In this document: positions 28,805-39,363 of the stretch, one piece after another
Layout: each line of letters begins with the position of its first letter
Numbering within the stretch: position 1 is the first letter of the stretch
Assembly: GCA_937949725.1 (NCBI GenBank)
Contig: CALECT010000017.1
Location: forward strand, 13,243 to 77,242
Reading direction: 5' to 3'
Length of the DNA stretch: 64,000 bases
DNA from: an uncultured Pseudanabaenaceae cyanobacterium
Lineage (GTDB): Bacteria; Cyanobacteriota; Cyanobacteriia; PCC-9006; JAAUQQ01
Translations under genes and position numbers: made by a program
The notes under the pieces: generated by a model
Told to the model about the DNA's origin: nothing
Database searches by the model: none
The model's input: only the letters and a program-made list of their open reading frames with translations

Positions 28805-30232
28805 CTATCTAGGCAAATTTGCCTTCAGCACTACCAGAGTCATGTCATCGTCGTTGCGCTTCTTGGGGCCAATGAATTGCTGTACCCGGTCAAAGAGGGT
28901 GTCAAGGATGCGTTGAGGGTCGTCGTAGCGCTGGCAGGCCCATTGGATCGTGCGGATGAGGTTATCTTCGTCGAAGCGATCGCCATCAATAGTCGCTGCA
29001 TCAGTAAAGCCATCGGTGTAGTAAACCACCACATCCCCCGGCTCCAGCTTGACCTGTCCGCCTTCGTAATGGCTGTTATGTTCCAAGCCAACCAACATCC
29101 CTAGACTGTCCAGACGATGGAGGCTCTTGGTGGCAAAGCGCCATAGTAGGGGTGGGTTATGGGCGGCGTTGCTATATTGGAGAATGCGCGTTCTGGGGTC
29201 ATAGACCGAATAGAACAGCGTGACAAAACGATTTGAATTCTCTAGATCTGCATACATCACCCGATTGAGGTGCTGCAAGATCCTGGCAGGCGGATGGCCG
29301 TTGAGCACCTCAGCTCGCAGCATACCCCGCAGCATGGTCATGATCAGGCCCGCAGGCACGCCCTTACCCATGACATCGCCAATGGCAATGCCCCAGGGGT
29401 CACTGGCTTGGGCTTTGCGCTGGTTCAGACGAACGTCGTTGCGAGTGGGAATGAAATCATAGTAATCACCGCCAACACGATTCGCAGTCTCACAACGAGC
29501 TGCGAAGGTGAGACCTTCCACCTTGGGACAGGTTCGGGGAAGCAGCTGACGCTGAATCTCGGCACCAATCTCTAGCTCGCGATCCAGGCGCTGCTTCTGG
29601 CGTAGCTCGCCCGCAAGCTCGTCTTGCTCTAGGGCGACGGAAGTTTGATCTGCAACAAAGCGAACGAGTTTTTGACGACTCTCGGTCCACTCATAGGTGG
29701 GGCTATAGCTAAAGATATAGAGGCGTCCACGCTCCAATGTTCGCTGGAGTATAGAGGTGCCGAACAGCTTTACCCCTGGGCCAAAGGCATGGGTGACCCA
29801 GCTATCCAGTTGGCTGGCCCAACCAGGGCGAGACAGGGTTTGATCATCCTGGTGGGAAAACTGCTCAGTGGCCACTTCCAGAGCTCGCTTTAGAGGAGCA
29901 CTGCGTTTCTCATAGTTGGGTTTGTCGTCGTTGAAATGGAACCGCTCTAGGCGCAACTCGCCATCGGGTTGTAGGACCATCAAGGCCCCGCCATCGGCCT
30001 TGGTGACGCGGCTAGCCACCATGGGAATCAGTTCTAGGAACTGATTGAGATTATGGAAGCTGCGTAGGGCGAAGCCCAGGGAGCCCAGTAGATCTTGAGT
30101 GCTATTTTGCTCATGGTTAAGCTGGGCTACAAGCTCTTTGAGAGCGACGACCGGAGCTGCCAGCTCACCGCCTTCCATCCCCGGGCGAACCGGAGATTTG
30201 GATTTGGATTTGGATAGCGGCACTGTGGTCAT
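28805..30232 (-). CDS. GAF-domain-containing PP2C-type (SpoIIE/RsbU-like) serine/threonine protein phosphatase
   Basis: 475 aa. The C-terminal ~230 aa carry PP2C/SpoIIE motifs (…GGDYYDF…, …IAIGDVMGKGVPAGLIMTMLRGMLRAEV…, …LFYSVYDP…, …VVVYYTDGFTDA…). The N-terminal ~200 aa are GAF-like. Confidence 0.82.
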   Translation of the reverse strand: MTTVPLSKSKSKSPVRPGMEGGELAAPVVALKELVAQLNHEQNSTQDLLGSLGFALRSFHNLNQFLELIPMVASRVTKADGGALMVLQPDGELRLERFHFNDDKPNYEKRSAPLKRALEVATEQFSHQDDQTLSRPGWASQLDSWVTHAFGPGVKLFGTSILQRTLERGRLYIFSYSPTYEWTESRQKLVRFVADQTSVALEQDELAGELRQKQRLDRELEIGAEIQRQLLPRTCPKVEGLTFAARCETANRVGGDYYDFIPTRNDVRLNQRKAQASDPWGIAIGDVMGKGVPAGLIMTMLRGMLRAEVLNGHPPARILQHLNRVMYADLENSNRFVTLFYSVYDPRTRILQYSNAAHNPPLLWRFATKSLHRLDSLGMLVGLEHNSHYEGGQVKLEPGDVVVYYTDGFTDAATIDGDRFDEDNLIRTIQWACQRYDDPQRILDTLFDRVQQFIGPKKRNDDDMTLVVLKANLPR

Positions 30233-30852
30233 GAAGTTGGGAAGACCCCGATGTGAATCTGAAGGGAGGCAGCTGCCTAACGGTCTGTTGAAATGGGGGC
30301 GAGGAAACTGAAGCCCTTGGGAACCTCGACGGGCTCCCCCACAAGGGACTTGGATTTCTGCCCCATAGTGATAGCGCGAATTGGCACGGTTGCCAACTTA
30401 TTTTCAACCTCCAGGCTTGATTTCAATGACAGAAGTCCAGAGGAATTCCTGAAGTGCAGGTATCGAATAGTGCTAATGCATCTCCTGACCTAAGCCTGGT
30501 TCGCTAAGCGAACTAAACCAGCTTGAGGCTGGCTCAATCGTCCTAAACGTTACGCTTCAAGGCTGATTGAGGATTGAGCCGTCCGGTGTTCTTTGGAAGC
30601 TAGATGTTGCTGCTTTAGGTCGGGATACTACTCTTTCTAGATCCAAATGACTAACACCTTGACTGGTTTACAGGCTGAATGAGTGCGATCGCATCCGTGC
30701 ATTCTCTAGGGTTTTAAAGTTGCCATTTGGTAACAGAATCTTGCACTTGAACAATTCAGCCGATGGGAGGTTTACCTATATTTTCTTGTCGGAGAAAATA
30801 TGGTTCTACGGTGCTGCCCGAGTCATAAGGTCGTAAATCTGCCCAAAGCAAT

Positions 30853-30887
30853 GCCCTGTTAGCGCAAGTGAATTGCTCTAACAGGGC
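30853..30887 (-). terminator. 10-bp perfect stem hairpin (GCCCTGTTAG…CTAACAGGGC) immediately downstream of ftsY; candidate terminator
   Basis: Read directly from the sequence, about 35 nt past the ftsY stop. The following U-tract is moderate. Confidence 0.4.
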
Positions 30888-30920
30888 TAGGGAAATGATG
30901 GCTTGGTGTAGCTGGTTCGA

Positions 30921-32837
30921 TTAACCGCTCAGCAAAGCCTCAATGAACTCATAACTTGAGAAGGGCCGTAAGTCACCAATGCCTTCTCCAGCACCGATAA
31001 AGCGGATGGGCAGTCCCAGTTGCTTCACAACTGCCAGAGCCACGCCACCTCGGGCGGTGCCATCTAGCTTGGTGAGTACAACGCCGCTGAGTTCGGCTGC
31101 CTGGGCGAAGACTTCCGCCTGGCGTAGGCCGTTTTGGCCCAGGGTTGCATCCAGTACCAAAAGGGACTCGACCTTGGCTTCTGGGGCCTTCTTATCGATG
31201 ATGCGGCGAACTTTAGAGAGTTCTGCCATGAGGTTCTTCTTGTTTTGCAGGCGTCCAGCGGTATCGACGAGCAATAACTCAGTGTTGCGGCTGCGGGCAG
31301 CCTCGACTGCGTCATAGACCACAGCTGCGGGGTCAGTGTTTTGGCCGGGGTTGGCAATGACCTCAATGCCGCTCCGTTCTCCCCAGACTTGAACCTGTTG
31401 GACCGCAGCAGCTCGGAAGGTGTCCGCAGCGGCAATTAAGCAGCGATAGTCAGATTTGGTGGCCAGGTGGGCAAGTTTGCCGATGGTGGTGGTTTTGCCC
31501 GCGCCGTTGACCCCGGTCATTAGCCAGATGTTGAGGCGGTCTTTCTCGGGGGCTAGGACCGGCGGGTCGTTTTCGGAAAGGGGGGAGTCGAGCAGCTCTC
31601 GCAAGAGGCGCTTGAGGTAGGCGATCGCCTGGGCGGGCGGCAACACTTCTTCCTTGAGCTTGGCCTGGAGGGACTCAATGATGTAATCCGTGGCATCCAC
31701 GCCCACATCAGCTTGGAGTAGCAGGGATTCGATTTCATCGACGGCATCCTCGTTGAGGGGGCCTTGGCCGACGATGGACTTAAGCTGGTTAATCAGATTG
31801 AGGCGGGTTTTGCCCAATCCTTGGCGCAGGCGCTTAAGCCAGGTGATCTCTTCGGCAGAGATTTGGTCAGCACGTCGGCCTTGGGCAGCCAGGACCTCAG
31901 CGGACCAGATAAAGTCTTCGTCGAAGACAACGCCGGGGCCATAGCCGTCATCAACGTATTCTTCTTCGGGCTCGGGCTCCGGTTCGGGCTCTTCAATTGC
32001 CGTGGCCTGAAGGCGTTCCAGGCGCTCTTCCCGTTCTGCTTCAGCGCGGGCCAGGAAGCTCAGGGCGGGTTCGGGAGCTGCTTTAGGTTCCGGTGCGGCT
32101 TCAGGTTCAGGCGTCGCTTCTGGCTCGGGTGCTGTTTCTGACTCTGAAGTCGTTGCGGGTTCGGGAGTTGCCTCTGATTCAGATGCTTCAGCGGGTTCTG
32201 GCTCGGTTGAGCTAGGTTTGGGAGCAGGCTCGGCGGTGACTTCCTCAACGTCAGCACTTTCGGAAGCTGCAACGGTTGGTTCGGCTGCTTCGGGCTGGCT
32301 CTCTTCTGGCTCGACCGCTACTACGGATTCAGCAATGGCAGGCTCTGAGGCAGTCGCTGCTGTTTCAGTCGCGATCGGCTCGGCAGTGGCGGCAGGATCA
32401 GCTGATGATTCCGCCTCTTCTGCCACGGTCTCAGTGATCTGAGCAGGCTCAGGTTCTTTGGGAGCCGATTCTGGAACCGAGGCTTCTGGTTCAGGACTAT
32501 CTTCTTCTACCGCAGCAACTTCTGGCGCTGACGCCTCGGCTTCTGTCTCGGCAGATTCAGTTTCCGTGGTGCTCTGCTGAGACTTTATATTTTGGAATGC
32601 AGCCTTGGCGAACTCTAGATAATCATCATTATCTTCAGCCTCCTCGCCACTCGTCTCATCAGACTCCGCTGAATCCTGTTCGCCGGTTGCTTTGGACTCA
32701 TCCGCTTTAGGTTCGCTGTCCTTGCCCTTATCGTCATCGGCGTTAAATTTACGGCGAAACCAGTCAAAAGCCATGGCTGAAAACGAGGAGAGTAAATAGG
32801 GTTTGAAAGTTGAATTTAGGGTGGACGGAGACGCCAT
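30921..32837 (-). CDS. ftsY: signal recognition particle receptor FtsY with a long acidic, repeat-rich N-terminal A-domain
   Basis: 638 aa. The C-terminal NG domain has GVNGAGKTTTIGKLA (P-loop), …DTAGRLQNK…, …LTKLDGTARGG…. The N-terminal ~300 aa are E/P/A/T-rich (EPEPEPE, PEPEA repeats). Confidence 0.9.
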   Translation of the reverse strand: MASPSTLNSTFKPYLLSSFSAMAFDWFRRKFNADDDKGKDSEPKADESKATGEQDSAESDETSGEEAEDNDDYLEFAKAAFQNIKSQQSTTETESAETEAEASAPEVAAVEEDSPEPEASVPESAPKEPEPAQITETVAEEAESSADPAATAEPIATETAATASEPAIAESVVAVEPEESQPEAAEPTVAASESADVEEVTAEPAPKPSSTEPEPAEASESEATPEPATTSESETAPEPEATPEPEAAPEPKAAPEPALSFLARAEAEREERLERLQATAIEEPEPEPEPEEEYVDDGYGPGVVFDEDFIWSAEVLAAQGRRADQISAEEITWLKRLRQGLGKTRLNLINQLKSIVGQGPLNEDAVDEIESLLLQADVGVDATDYIIESLQAKLKEEVLPPAQAIAYLKRLLRELLDSPLSENDPPVLAPEKDRLNIWLMTGVNGAGKTTTIGKLAHLATKSDYRCLIAAADTFRAAAVQQVQVWGERSGIEVIANPGQNTDPAAVVYDAVEAARSRNTELLLVDTAGRLQNKKNLMAELSKVRRIIDKKAPEAKVESLLVLDATLGQNGLRQAEVFAQAAELSGVVLTKLDGTARGGVALAVVKQLGLPIRFIGAGEGIGDLRPFSSYEFIEALLSG

Positions 32838-32866
32838 CCCCCAAACAGCAATTCAGAGGGGGTCGC

Positions 32867-33508
32867 TTAATCAATCGCAGAGTCAGCGTCGCCGCCTTTT
32901 TGACTATCCACTGCTCGGCGCAGAACGCCATTAATTCGTCGCCGCCCTTCGTCATCACTGTAGCGTTTGGCCAATTCAACTGCGGCGTTAATTGCAACTG
33001 GCGCTGCGAGGCCTAGGTAGGTTGATTCAGCGATCGCCACTCTCAAAATATCCTGGTCAATCGCTGGCAGCCGACTTAAGCGCCAGCCCTCCATGACTCG
33101 GTCCAGAAGGGTATCAATGTCGGCCTTATTGCGCTTTACGCTGCGGGCAATATCCATTGCATAGGACTTGACTTCCACCCGATTGGCCATTTGCAGCATC
33201 TCGGGAATTTCAATCGCCCGCCTAGCACTGTTGATGGCTTTCTCGGTGTAGTCCATGGCCTGGCGCAGCATCTCCGCTGCACTGTTGGCATTGATAGTGG
33301 TGATATCGCTGCTGAGGAGTCGTTCGCTGCCGTTGCTGAGTTCACTAGCGGCTTCTTCTAAGCCATCGCGAGCTTCGCTACCCAGAACCCGAACTGCTGC
33401 GAGGATCATGTCCTCCAAATTGATGTCTTGTCCTTCTTTTACAGCCTTGTTGGGGAGCTGACTCAGGCTCAACAGGGCGAGTTCACGGGAAAGTTGTCGG
33501 GCTTGCAT
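32867..33508 (-). CDS. nusB: transcription antitermination factor NusB
   Basis: 213 aa. MQARQLSRELALLSLSQL… and …VAINAAVELAKRYSDDEGRRRINGVLR… are typical of NusB. Confidence 0.85.
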   Translation of the reverse strand: MQARQLSRELALLSLSQLPNKAVKEGQDINLEDMILAAVRVLGSEARDGLEEAASELSNGSERLLSSDITTINANSAAEMLRQAMDYTEKAINSARRAIEIPEMLQMANRVEVKSYAMDIARSVKRNKADIDTLLDRVMEGWRLSRLPAIDQDILRVAIAESTYLGLAAPVAINAAVELAKRYSDDEGRRRINGVLRRAVDSQKGGDADSAID

Positions 33509-33673
33509 GGTGCGGAATCAGATTATGAGTCTGGGGACGAGTTTTCGAGGTTCAGTCGAACAGAGACTGGGATGATGTGCGCTGACTAGGGTCGTTACAG
33601 TGCAACAGCCAAGCTATAGATGGAATAGAGGCTCTGACCTGTGCCTCACTGGTTTGTTAGCCCCTTAAGCAGC

Positions 33674-34510
33674 CTAGGACGGTTCTTCCTCCAAGGGAAG
33701 TGGTTGGAGTTCGCCTTCAGGTGTGGATTTCCGAGTCAATAGTGAATTAATGGGCTGGCTGTTACTGGCTCCCAGAGCATTGACTGCGGGCTGTTTCGGT
33801 GTTCTGCTCGCTGACTCAGTTGCTGTTTCACGCAGTTCGGCATCGCCTGGGGTGACGATCCCCCCAGAAATCAGGACTTTAAAGGCATCTTCAACGGAGA
33901 GTTCAGTGGACACCATTTCGCTTTCTGGAACGATCGCGTACCAGCCCGTGGTGGGATTGGGCGTAGTCGGAATAAAGACACTGGCCATGGCTTGGTTTGC
34001 ATCGGGAGTGAGGCTGCCGGCCACGGTACCTGTGACAAACGCGATCGCCCAAATCCCAGGCCGGGGATACTCCAGCAGCACCACACGACGGAAGCGACTA
34101 TTGGACTTGAGCAGGGTCTCTAGGAGCTGCTTGAGCGTTGTATAAATCGAACCCGCTAGAGGGATTGACTTCAGGGTACGCTCGCCAAAATCCAACAAGA
34201 ATCGCCCGACGATATTGCGAGCCATAAGACCAATGAGCAGCAGGCTCAAAAGGGGCACTGCCAGGCCAACTCCAAGGTTAATGAGATTTCCAAGAAAAGG
34301 GTTGAGCTCGTTGAAGGGATTGAGCTGCTTGGGAATGCTTGTCAGGAAATCCACGACCCACCGGGCAATGGATACCGTTAACCAAATAGTCGTTGCCAGG
34401 GGAATCACGACCAGTAGACCTGCAATAAGGTCGCTTTTAAGGTCTTGCTGAATCCGCTGGATGAGGGGCAGGCGATTGTCGTCAGGCAGAGACATTGAGG
34501 CAGGGACCAA
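33674..34510 (-). CDS. DUF502-family membrane protein
   Basis: 278 aa. Two N-terminal TM helices and the conserved …LIGLMARNIVGRFLLDFGERTLKSIPLAGSIYTTLKQL… block characteristic of DUF502. A Pro/Glu-rich C-terminus. Confidence 0.7.
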   Translation of the reverse strand: MVPASMSLPDDNRLPLIQRIQQDLKSDLIAGLLVVIPLATTIWLTVSIARWVVDFLTSIPKQLNPFNELNPFLGNLINLGVGLAVPLLSLLLIGLMARNIVGRFLLDFGERTLKSIPLAGSIYTTLKQLLETLLKSNSRFRRVVLLEYPRPGIWAIAFVTGTVAGSLTPDANQAMASVFIPTTPNPTTGWYAIVPESEMVSTELSVEDAFKVLISGGIVTPGDAELRETATESASRTPKQPAVNALGASNSQPINSLLTRKSTPEGELQPLPLEEEPS

Positions 34511-34774
34511 ACGGGATGCGAATTAATTGCTGCTGACTCGAAGTTGAGTTCAAGGCAATTAAGTTGTGAATTGACAAACAATTTCTCAGGGCCAAGGCTA
34601 GCCAATTAAGGCTGTTGGCTGGATTGAGAATTATTAACCAATTATCTCAGTTTCAGGAGGATTCTGAAAGGTTTGTATTCGATAGGGCAGTTCTAGCTCC
34701 TGTTAGGGTTACCTGCTGTCTCAAATTAATTCATCTCCATCCTGCCCTGGGCAAACATTGCCCCGGAGCTCTGG

Positions 34775-35737
34775 CTAAGACTGGGCAGTGGCGTAGTCTT
34801 GTTGTGATTCTCTAGGCTGTCCTTCCAGGGCTCCTGGGGACTGAATGTTCTGAGCAACCTTCTCTGTCGCTGCTGGCCCATATATCTCTGCATAGGGCTG
34901 CGTTTCAATTTCCCAGGCCTTGAGCAAAATCAAATATTCGTAGAACATTTGCAAGACACACCAGCGGAAGCCCGCGCGCCCGTCCAGCCAGCCCCCTAAG
35001 AAAACGTACATGTAGATAAAGCGAGCCAAGGGCCGCAGAGGGACATGCTGGGAGAGGTTCTTGAGGGCATGGCGACGCTCCACCTCCGTCTTGCCAAAGA
35101 ACAGGTCTTTCCAGTCGACGCTACCTGCTTGGCGCTGACTAATCGTTTCCAGGGCCTCATCGCTGGAGTAGCGATTATGCTTGTCGATCCAGCGGCTCAG
35201 GCCCTTACCCGAGGTGTAGTGGGGATAGGTGGCTTTGAGGAATCCGGTGGGGCCTTCGCAGACCTCCCGCTCGGTGTGGCCGTAGTCCGTAAACCACACC
35301 TTCTCGCGATTGAGCAGGCGCATTTGGTAGCGCGGATACTGGGTGCTGTGGCGAATCCAGCTGCCCATAAACATGACGCGTTCGGCGGCAAAGTAGCCCA
35401 CAGGAGACTTCTCGGGAGCCGCTTGGCTAGCGGTTACAGCTTCGCGGCATTCCTCGTGCAGCTCAGGCGTCATACGCTCATCGGCTTCGAGGATATAGGC
35501 CCATTGATATTTGGCTAGGTCGGACTGGAGCATCCAGGTGCGCTGTTTACCGTGGCTCTCGAAGGCATGTTCCACGAGGCGGACGGGGTAGCGCTGGGAG
35601 AGTTCTTCGACGATCGCCCCGGTGCGATCGCTACTACAGGAATCCACCACAATGATGTCGTCACAGGGCAGGGCGGATTCAACACAGGCGGCGATGTCTC
35701 GCTCTTCGTTGTAGGTCAGGATAAAGATCGAGAACAT
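34775..35737 (-). CDS. family-2 glycosyltransferase
   Basis: 320 aa. MFSIFILTYNEERDIAACVESALPCDDIIVVDSCSSDRTGAIVEE… is a GT-A fold N-terminus with a DxD-like motif (VVDSCSSD). Confidence 0.82.
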   Translation of the reverse strand: MFSIFILTYNEERDIAACVESALPCDDIIVVDSCSSDRTGAIVEELSQRYPVRLVEHAFESHGKQRTWMLQSDLAKYQWAYILEADERMTPELHEECREAVTASQAAPEKSPVGYFAAERVMFMGSWIRHSTQYPRYQMRLLNREKVWFTDYGHTEREVCEGPTGFLKATYPHYTSGKGLSRWIDKHNRYSSDEALETISQRQAGSVDWKDLFFGKTEVERRHALKNLSQHVPLRPLARFIYMYVFLGGWLDGRAGFRWCVLQMFYEYLILLKAWEIETQPYAEIYGPAATEKVAQNIQSPGALEGQPRESQQDYATAQS

Positions 35738-35974
35738 GGAAGGTGAATCTGCTCCAGCGTGAAGTCTCAGCGATATAGATATCTCCCGACGTCTACTTAG
35801 GTTGCCCTAAATGGCGGTCTGAGAGACAACAATGGGTACAGCTTTAAGTCCTGCCAGGACTTGGCTATTTCCCTTTGAATGAACCAATAAAAAAGCCGAT
35901 GGGTCACTCCCCATCGGCTGCTCATTTCAAATTGGTTTCCGTTCTCCAGGAAAGGGCTGTTGACAGGCCTTGGC

Positions 35975-36721
35975 CTAGGCGGCCTTCAGTCCGGTCCAGC
36001 TCAATAGTGCGTAGGCGATCGCCAATAACAAACTGCTCAACACGGTTCGAGAGCTAGCTTTCCAAGCACCGCGACTTGCATCCTTGGTCGCTTCTTCCTT
36101 GCGGGTAGTGATTTCAGTGCTCAGGCGATCCGTTTCTTTCTTGGCTTCTTCTTGAAGGTAAGACTCCACAGAGCTAGGGTCAGATTTGAACCCCTGAAGT
36201 AAGGCGACTTGCTCTCCCTCGAGCTGACCGCTTGCGATGGCTTCTTCTAACAGCTTTTGATTTTGTAGCAGAGCTTGGATACGGGTCCGCTCTTGCTGGA
36301 GCTGATTCTCAACCGCTTGACCGAGTTCATTCTGAGCGCGGGTCGCCTGCTCGTTGATACCTTCTAGGGAGGTGTTCTTCTGCACCCGCACGTTGTTGAA
36401 ATGCAATGGCACGATCAACAAGAACAAGAGGCTTAGCAGTCCAGCGATCCCCATGGAGCCTAAACGGGCCGCATTGGTGATGCTGCTTTGGCGACCCCCT
36501 TCAACTTCCGTTTGAATCCAGCCCCCCAGCAACAGAAAAGTAATGCCCACCAATGGGACAATGCCGCGATCCACAAACTGGCTAGCTAAATTGACTTGTT
36601 GGGCGCGATTGGAAAAATCGGGTGGAATCAAAAGCACGAAATAATCCACAAGGGCTGAAAGAATCAGCACAAGGCCTGCAATAAGCAGGGTGCGAGAGGC
36701 CAAGGGGGAAGCAGCTTTCAT
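35975..36721 (-). CDS. hypothetical membrane protein with a central coiled coil
   Basis: 248 aa. Three predicted TM helices (N-terminus, ~55-75, ~95-115 and the C-terminus) and a Gln/Glu-rich heptad region. Confidence 0.5.
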   Translation of the reverse strand: MKAASPLASRTLLIAGLVLILSALVDYFVLLIPPDFSNRAQQVNLASQFVDRGIVPLVGITFLLLGGWIQTEVEGGRQSSITNAARLGSMGIAGLLSLLFLLIVPLHFNNVRVQKNTSLEGINEQATRAQNELGQAVENQLQQERTRIQALLQNQKLLEEAIASGQLEGEQVALLQGFKSDPSSVESYLQEEAKKETDRLSTEITTRKEEATKDASRGAWKASSRTVLSSLLLAIAYALLSWTGLKAA

Positions 36722-37100
36722 GGGATAAGGAGGTCGGTTATGAACAGCGATCTAGGCTGGTTGCTGGGGCTGGCAATTCTAGGGAATAGGATATTCCGCT
36801 TGAGCAGAGAAAAATCTGTCGCCCCTGATGTTACCCCGCAGGTCAACCAATTGAGTAAATTGGCGAATTGCTGCGTTAGGAGGGCAAGTCATGGGCCGGA
36901 TAGATCCGTGCTCCTGGATTGTTTGAGCGTAGCAAATTCTACATTAGCTACTCGCCCATTCTCACCAGGGTCCGGAATCCTTGAGAAAAACCGTGGAATC
37001 AACCAGGCCCATGATGCCTCTCTCAGAATGTGAAGAGCTGCGCCTATGTATTCCTTGGGTTGCCTGACTGCCAGCTGACCTTCACCTCAGAATTCATCCC

Positions 37101-37826
37101 ATGACTGCTGCCCCCATTGTTGAAGTTTTAAGCGATCGCCCCGCCCTCGTGGCCCGAGCGGCAGATTTAGTCGAGGCAAAAATCAAACAAGCCGTTAAAG
37201 AACGAGGCTTTTGCAGCCTGGTGCTCTCTGGAGGAAGTACGCCGAGGCCCCTCTACGAAGAATTGGCACGGCGACCCCTGCCCCTCGCTCAGCTCCATTT
37301 GTTCTTTGGAGATGAGCGCTACGTGGCTCCGGACCACCGCGATAGCAACTACCGCATGGTGCGATTGGCTTGGCTGGAACCTGCCGGTTTCCCTGTGGCC
37401 AATGTCCATGCCATGAACACCGACGCCCCGGAGCCTGCCCAGGCTGCCGAAGCCCATGAGCAAATGCTCAAGCGGGTTTTGCCCGACGCGGAGAGTACGA
37501 CGCCCCAATTCGATATTGTCCTGCTAGGCATGGGGGATGACGGCCATACGGCGTCGCTATTTCCAGGGACAGATGCCCTGGGAGTGAGCGATCGCTGGGT
37601 GACGGTGGGGTACAAGGGAACTGATCCACGATTGACCCTAACCCTGCCCTTGCTAAATAAAGCCCGAACAGTGATGTTTTTGGTTGCAGGGGCCAGCAAG
37701 CAAGAAGCCCTGGCCCAAGTCTTTTCCGAAACAGCGGATGGCCAAAATTATCCAGCGAAGCTCATTCAACCGATAGGAGAACTTTGCTGGCTGATGGATC
37801 GGGATGCAGGCAAAAACTTTGCGTAG
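37101..37826 (+). CDS. pgl: 6-phosphogluconolactonase
   Basis: 241 aa. …GFCSLVLSGGSTPRPLYEELA… and …DIVLLGMGDDGHTASLFPG… are the canonical glucosamine-6-P-isomerase/6-PGL family motifs. Confidence 0.88.
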   Translation: MTAAPIVEVLSDRPALVARAADLVEAKIKQAVKERGFCSLVLSGGSTPRPLYEELARRPLPLAQLHLFFGDERYVAPDHRDSNYRMVRLAWLEPAGFPVANVHAMNTDAPEPAQAAEAHEQMLKRVLPDAESTTPQFDIVLLGMGDDGHTASLFPGTDALGVSDRWVTVGYKGTDPRLTLTLPLLNKARTVMFLVAGASKQEALAQVFSETADGQNYPAKLIQPIGELCWLMDRDAGKNFA

Positions 37827-37882
37827 GCATTTGGATGGGCCTACTATTGAAGTCGAGCTGAGTCTTGGCTATGTCATCGTCT

Positions 37883-37928
37883 CATATGACCTAACAGAGC
37901 TCCCACGAAAGCTCTGTTAGGTCATATG
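37883..37928 (+). terminator. 19-bp perfect stem hairpin (CATATGACCTAACAGAGCT-cccacgaa-AGCTCTGTTAGGTCATATG) downstream of pgl
   Basis: Read directly from the sequence. It begins ~55 nt after the pgl stop and is followed by UAUAUGAUUU. Confidence 0.55.
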
Positions 37929-38310
37929 TATATGATTTAACAGAGTCATTTCTATCTGAAAGCTAAAAGTCTATGCAGGTTGCGAAAGCTGCAAAGTGAC
38001 TTTTACAACCTTCGTCGCCCCCTGTGCTTGAGGCACCTGCTGTAACGCTCTCGTTATGTTGCAGTAGACGGTGTCGGCTATTTTTCTCTACTCTGGAATA
38101 AAAATCAGTCGCTATGATGGTGTCGATTTTCCACCGCAATATTTTATTCAGTGGGAATTTGGGGAACTATAGCGGTGGAGTCAAGTCGGAACGGCTTTTT
38201 CTGTCTGACCTGTTCCCTGCCATGCTCGTTGTTCAACTGCAAGAGTTCTGCTGCGAGGCGTCTGGCCCATAAGACAGCGCTCAACGCAGTTTCAGCTAAG
38301 CCGAATTGAT

Positions 38311-39084
38311 ATGATTGTTTGCCCGAATTGCGACCATCACAACCCTGAAGGGGCCTCCCAATGTGAGGCTTGCTATACGCCTTTGCCAGAGATGATGCCC
38401 TGCTCTAATTGCGGTGCTCAAGTCCAGGTGGATGCTAACTTTTGCGGTCAATGTGGCTCTAACATTCAGCCCACGGGTGAAGCATTACCCACTGCCATGG
38501 AAGCACCTCCAATCTCTGGCTCAGTTCCACCTTCTTTCCCTGTCACAGGCATAGAGGAGGCTGCTCAGGCTTCCGCAGAAGCCTCGGCTGACCTGGATGC
38601 AGCGCTCGGAGAGAACTTCAATGCAGAGCTAGATTTTGAAGCCAACTTAGAGGCGGCCTTGGAAGCTTCTGCCGAAAGTAGCCCCGATGCGGCCGTGGCT
38701 GAGCTAGAGGCGGAGCCTGCGCCCCAGGCCAGCAGTTCCCAAACGCAGCTTCAGCGACCCCTTGCTAAAATGCTCCACATTCGCAGCAATGTGACAGTTG
38801 ATCTTCCAGAATCTCTGAGTGTGGTTCATCTAGGTAAGGCCAACGATCGCATTCCGCCGGATATTGATGTCTCTGGCTTCCCTGACTCGGAGGTTGTTTC
38901 CCGCGTCCATGCGGACATTCGCGTGGAGGGTGATGCCTACTATATTGAAGACCTGGGTAGCTCGAATGGTACCTATGTCAACAATTTACCGTTGGTTCCT
39001 GGGAATCGTCACCGCTTGAGAGTGGGCGATCGCATCTCCTTGGGGAAAGGCGACCTCGTGACATTTTTATTCCAGGTTGCTTAG
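38311..39084 (+). CDS. FraH-like protein: double zinc-ribbon N-terminus, acidic linker and C-terminal FHA domain
   Basis: 257 aa. CPNCDHHNPEGASQCEAC…CSNCGAQVQVDANFCGQCGSN gives two CxxC…CxxC ribbons. The linker is acidic and Ala/Glu-rich. The C-terminus carries an FHA domain (…VVHLGKANDRIPPDIDVSGFPDSEVVSRVHADIRVEGDAYYIEDLGSSNGTYVNNLPL…RLRVGDRISLG). Confidence 0.82.
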   Translation: MIVCPNCDHHNPEGASQCEACYTPLPEMMPCSNCGAQVQVDANFCGQCGSNIQPTGEALPTAMEAPPISGSVPPSFPVTGIEEAAQASAEASADLDAALGENFNAELDFEANLEAALEASAESSPDAAVAELEAEPAPQASSSQTQLQRPLAKMLHIRSNVTVDLPESLSVVHLGKANDRIPPDIDVSGFPDSEVVSRVHADIRVEGDAYYIEDLGSSNGTYVNNLPLVPGNRHRLRVGDRISLGKGDLVTFLFQVA

Positions 39085-39363
39085 AGCACTATGGTGCGAT
39101 GGGTATATTGAGTTCAGATTACATTTAGCATCATCATCGCTTCTGTTTTGGCCGTTCTGCCCGTAGGCCTTCGTTGTCTCGGTTAACCTAATTTCAGTCA
39201 TTCCTGGCTTGATGTAAGGACTTATAACCGTCAACATTGCTTCATTGGGGTTGCGCTGTCGCTCAGACTCAAAAACAAACCAAGTCCTTCCTTTGGGAAT
39301 AGTTGCTTGGGAGCCAGCTTAGGTTGGTTGTCCGTATCTGCATTTGTCTACCGTGCGATTCCT

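Noticed and set aside
35045-35518. 157-aa plus-strand ORF inside the glycosyltransferase gene
   Set aside because: Antisense to a well-supported GT2 CDS.
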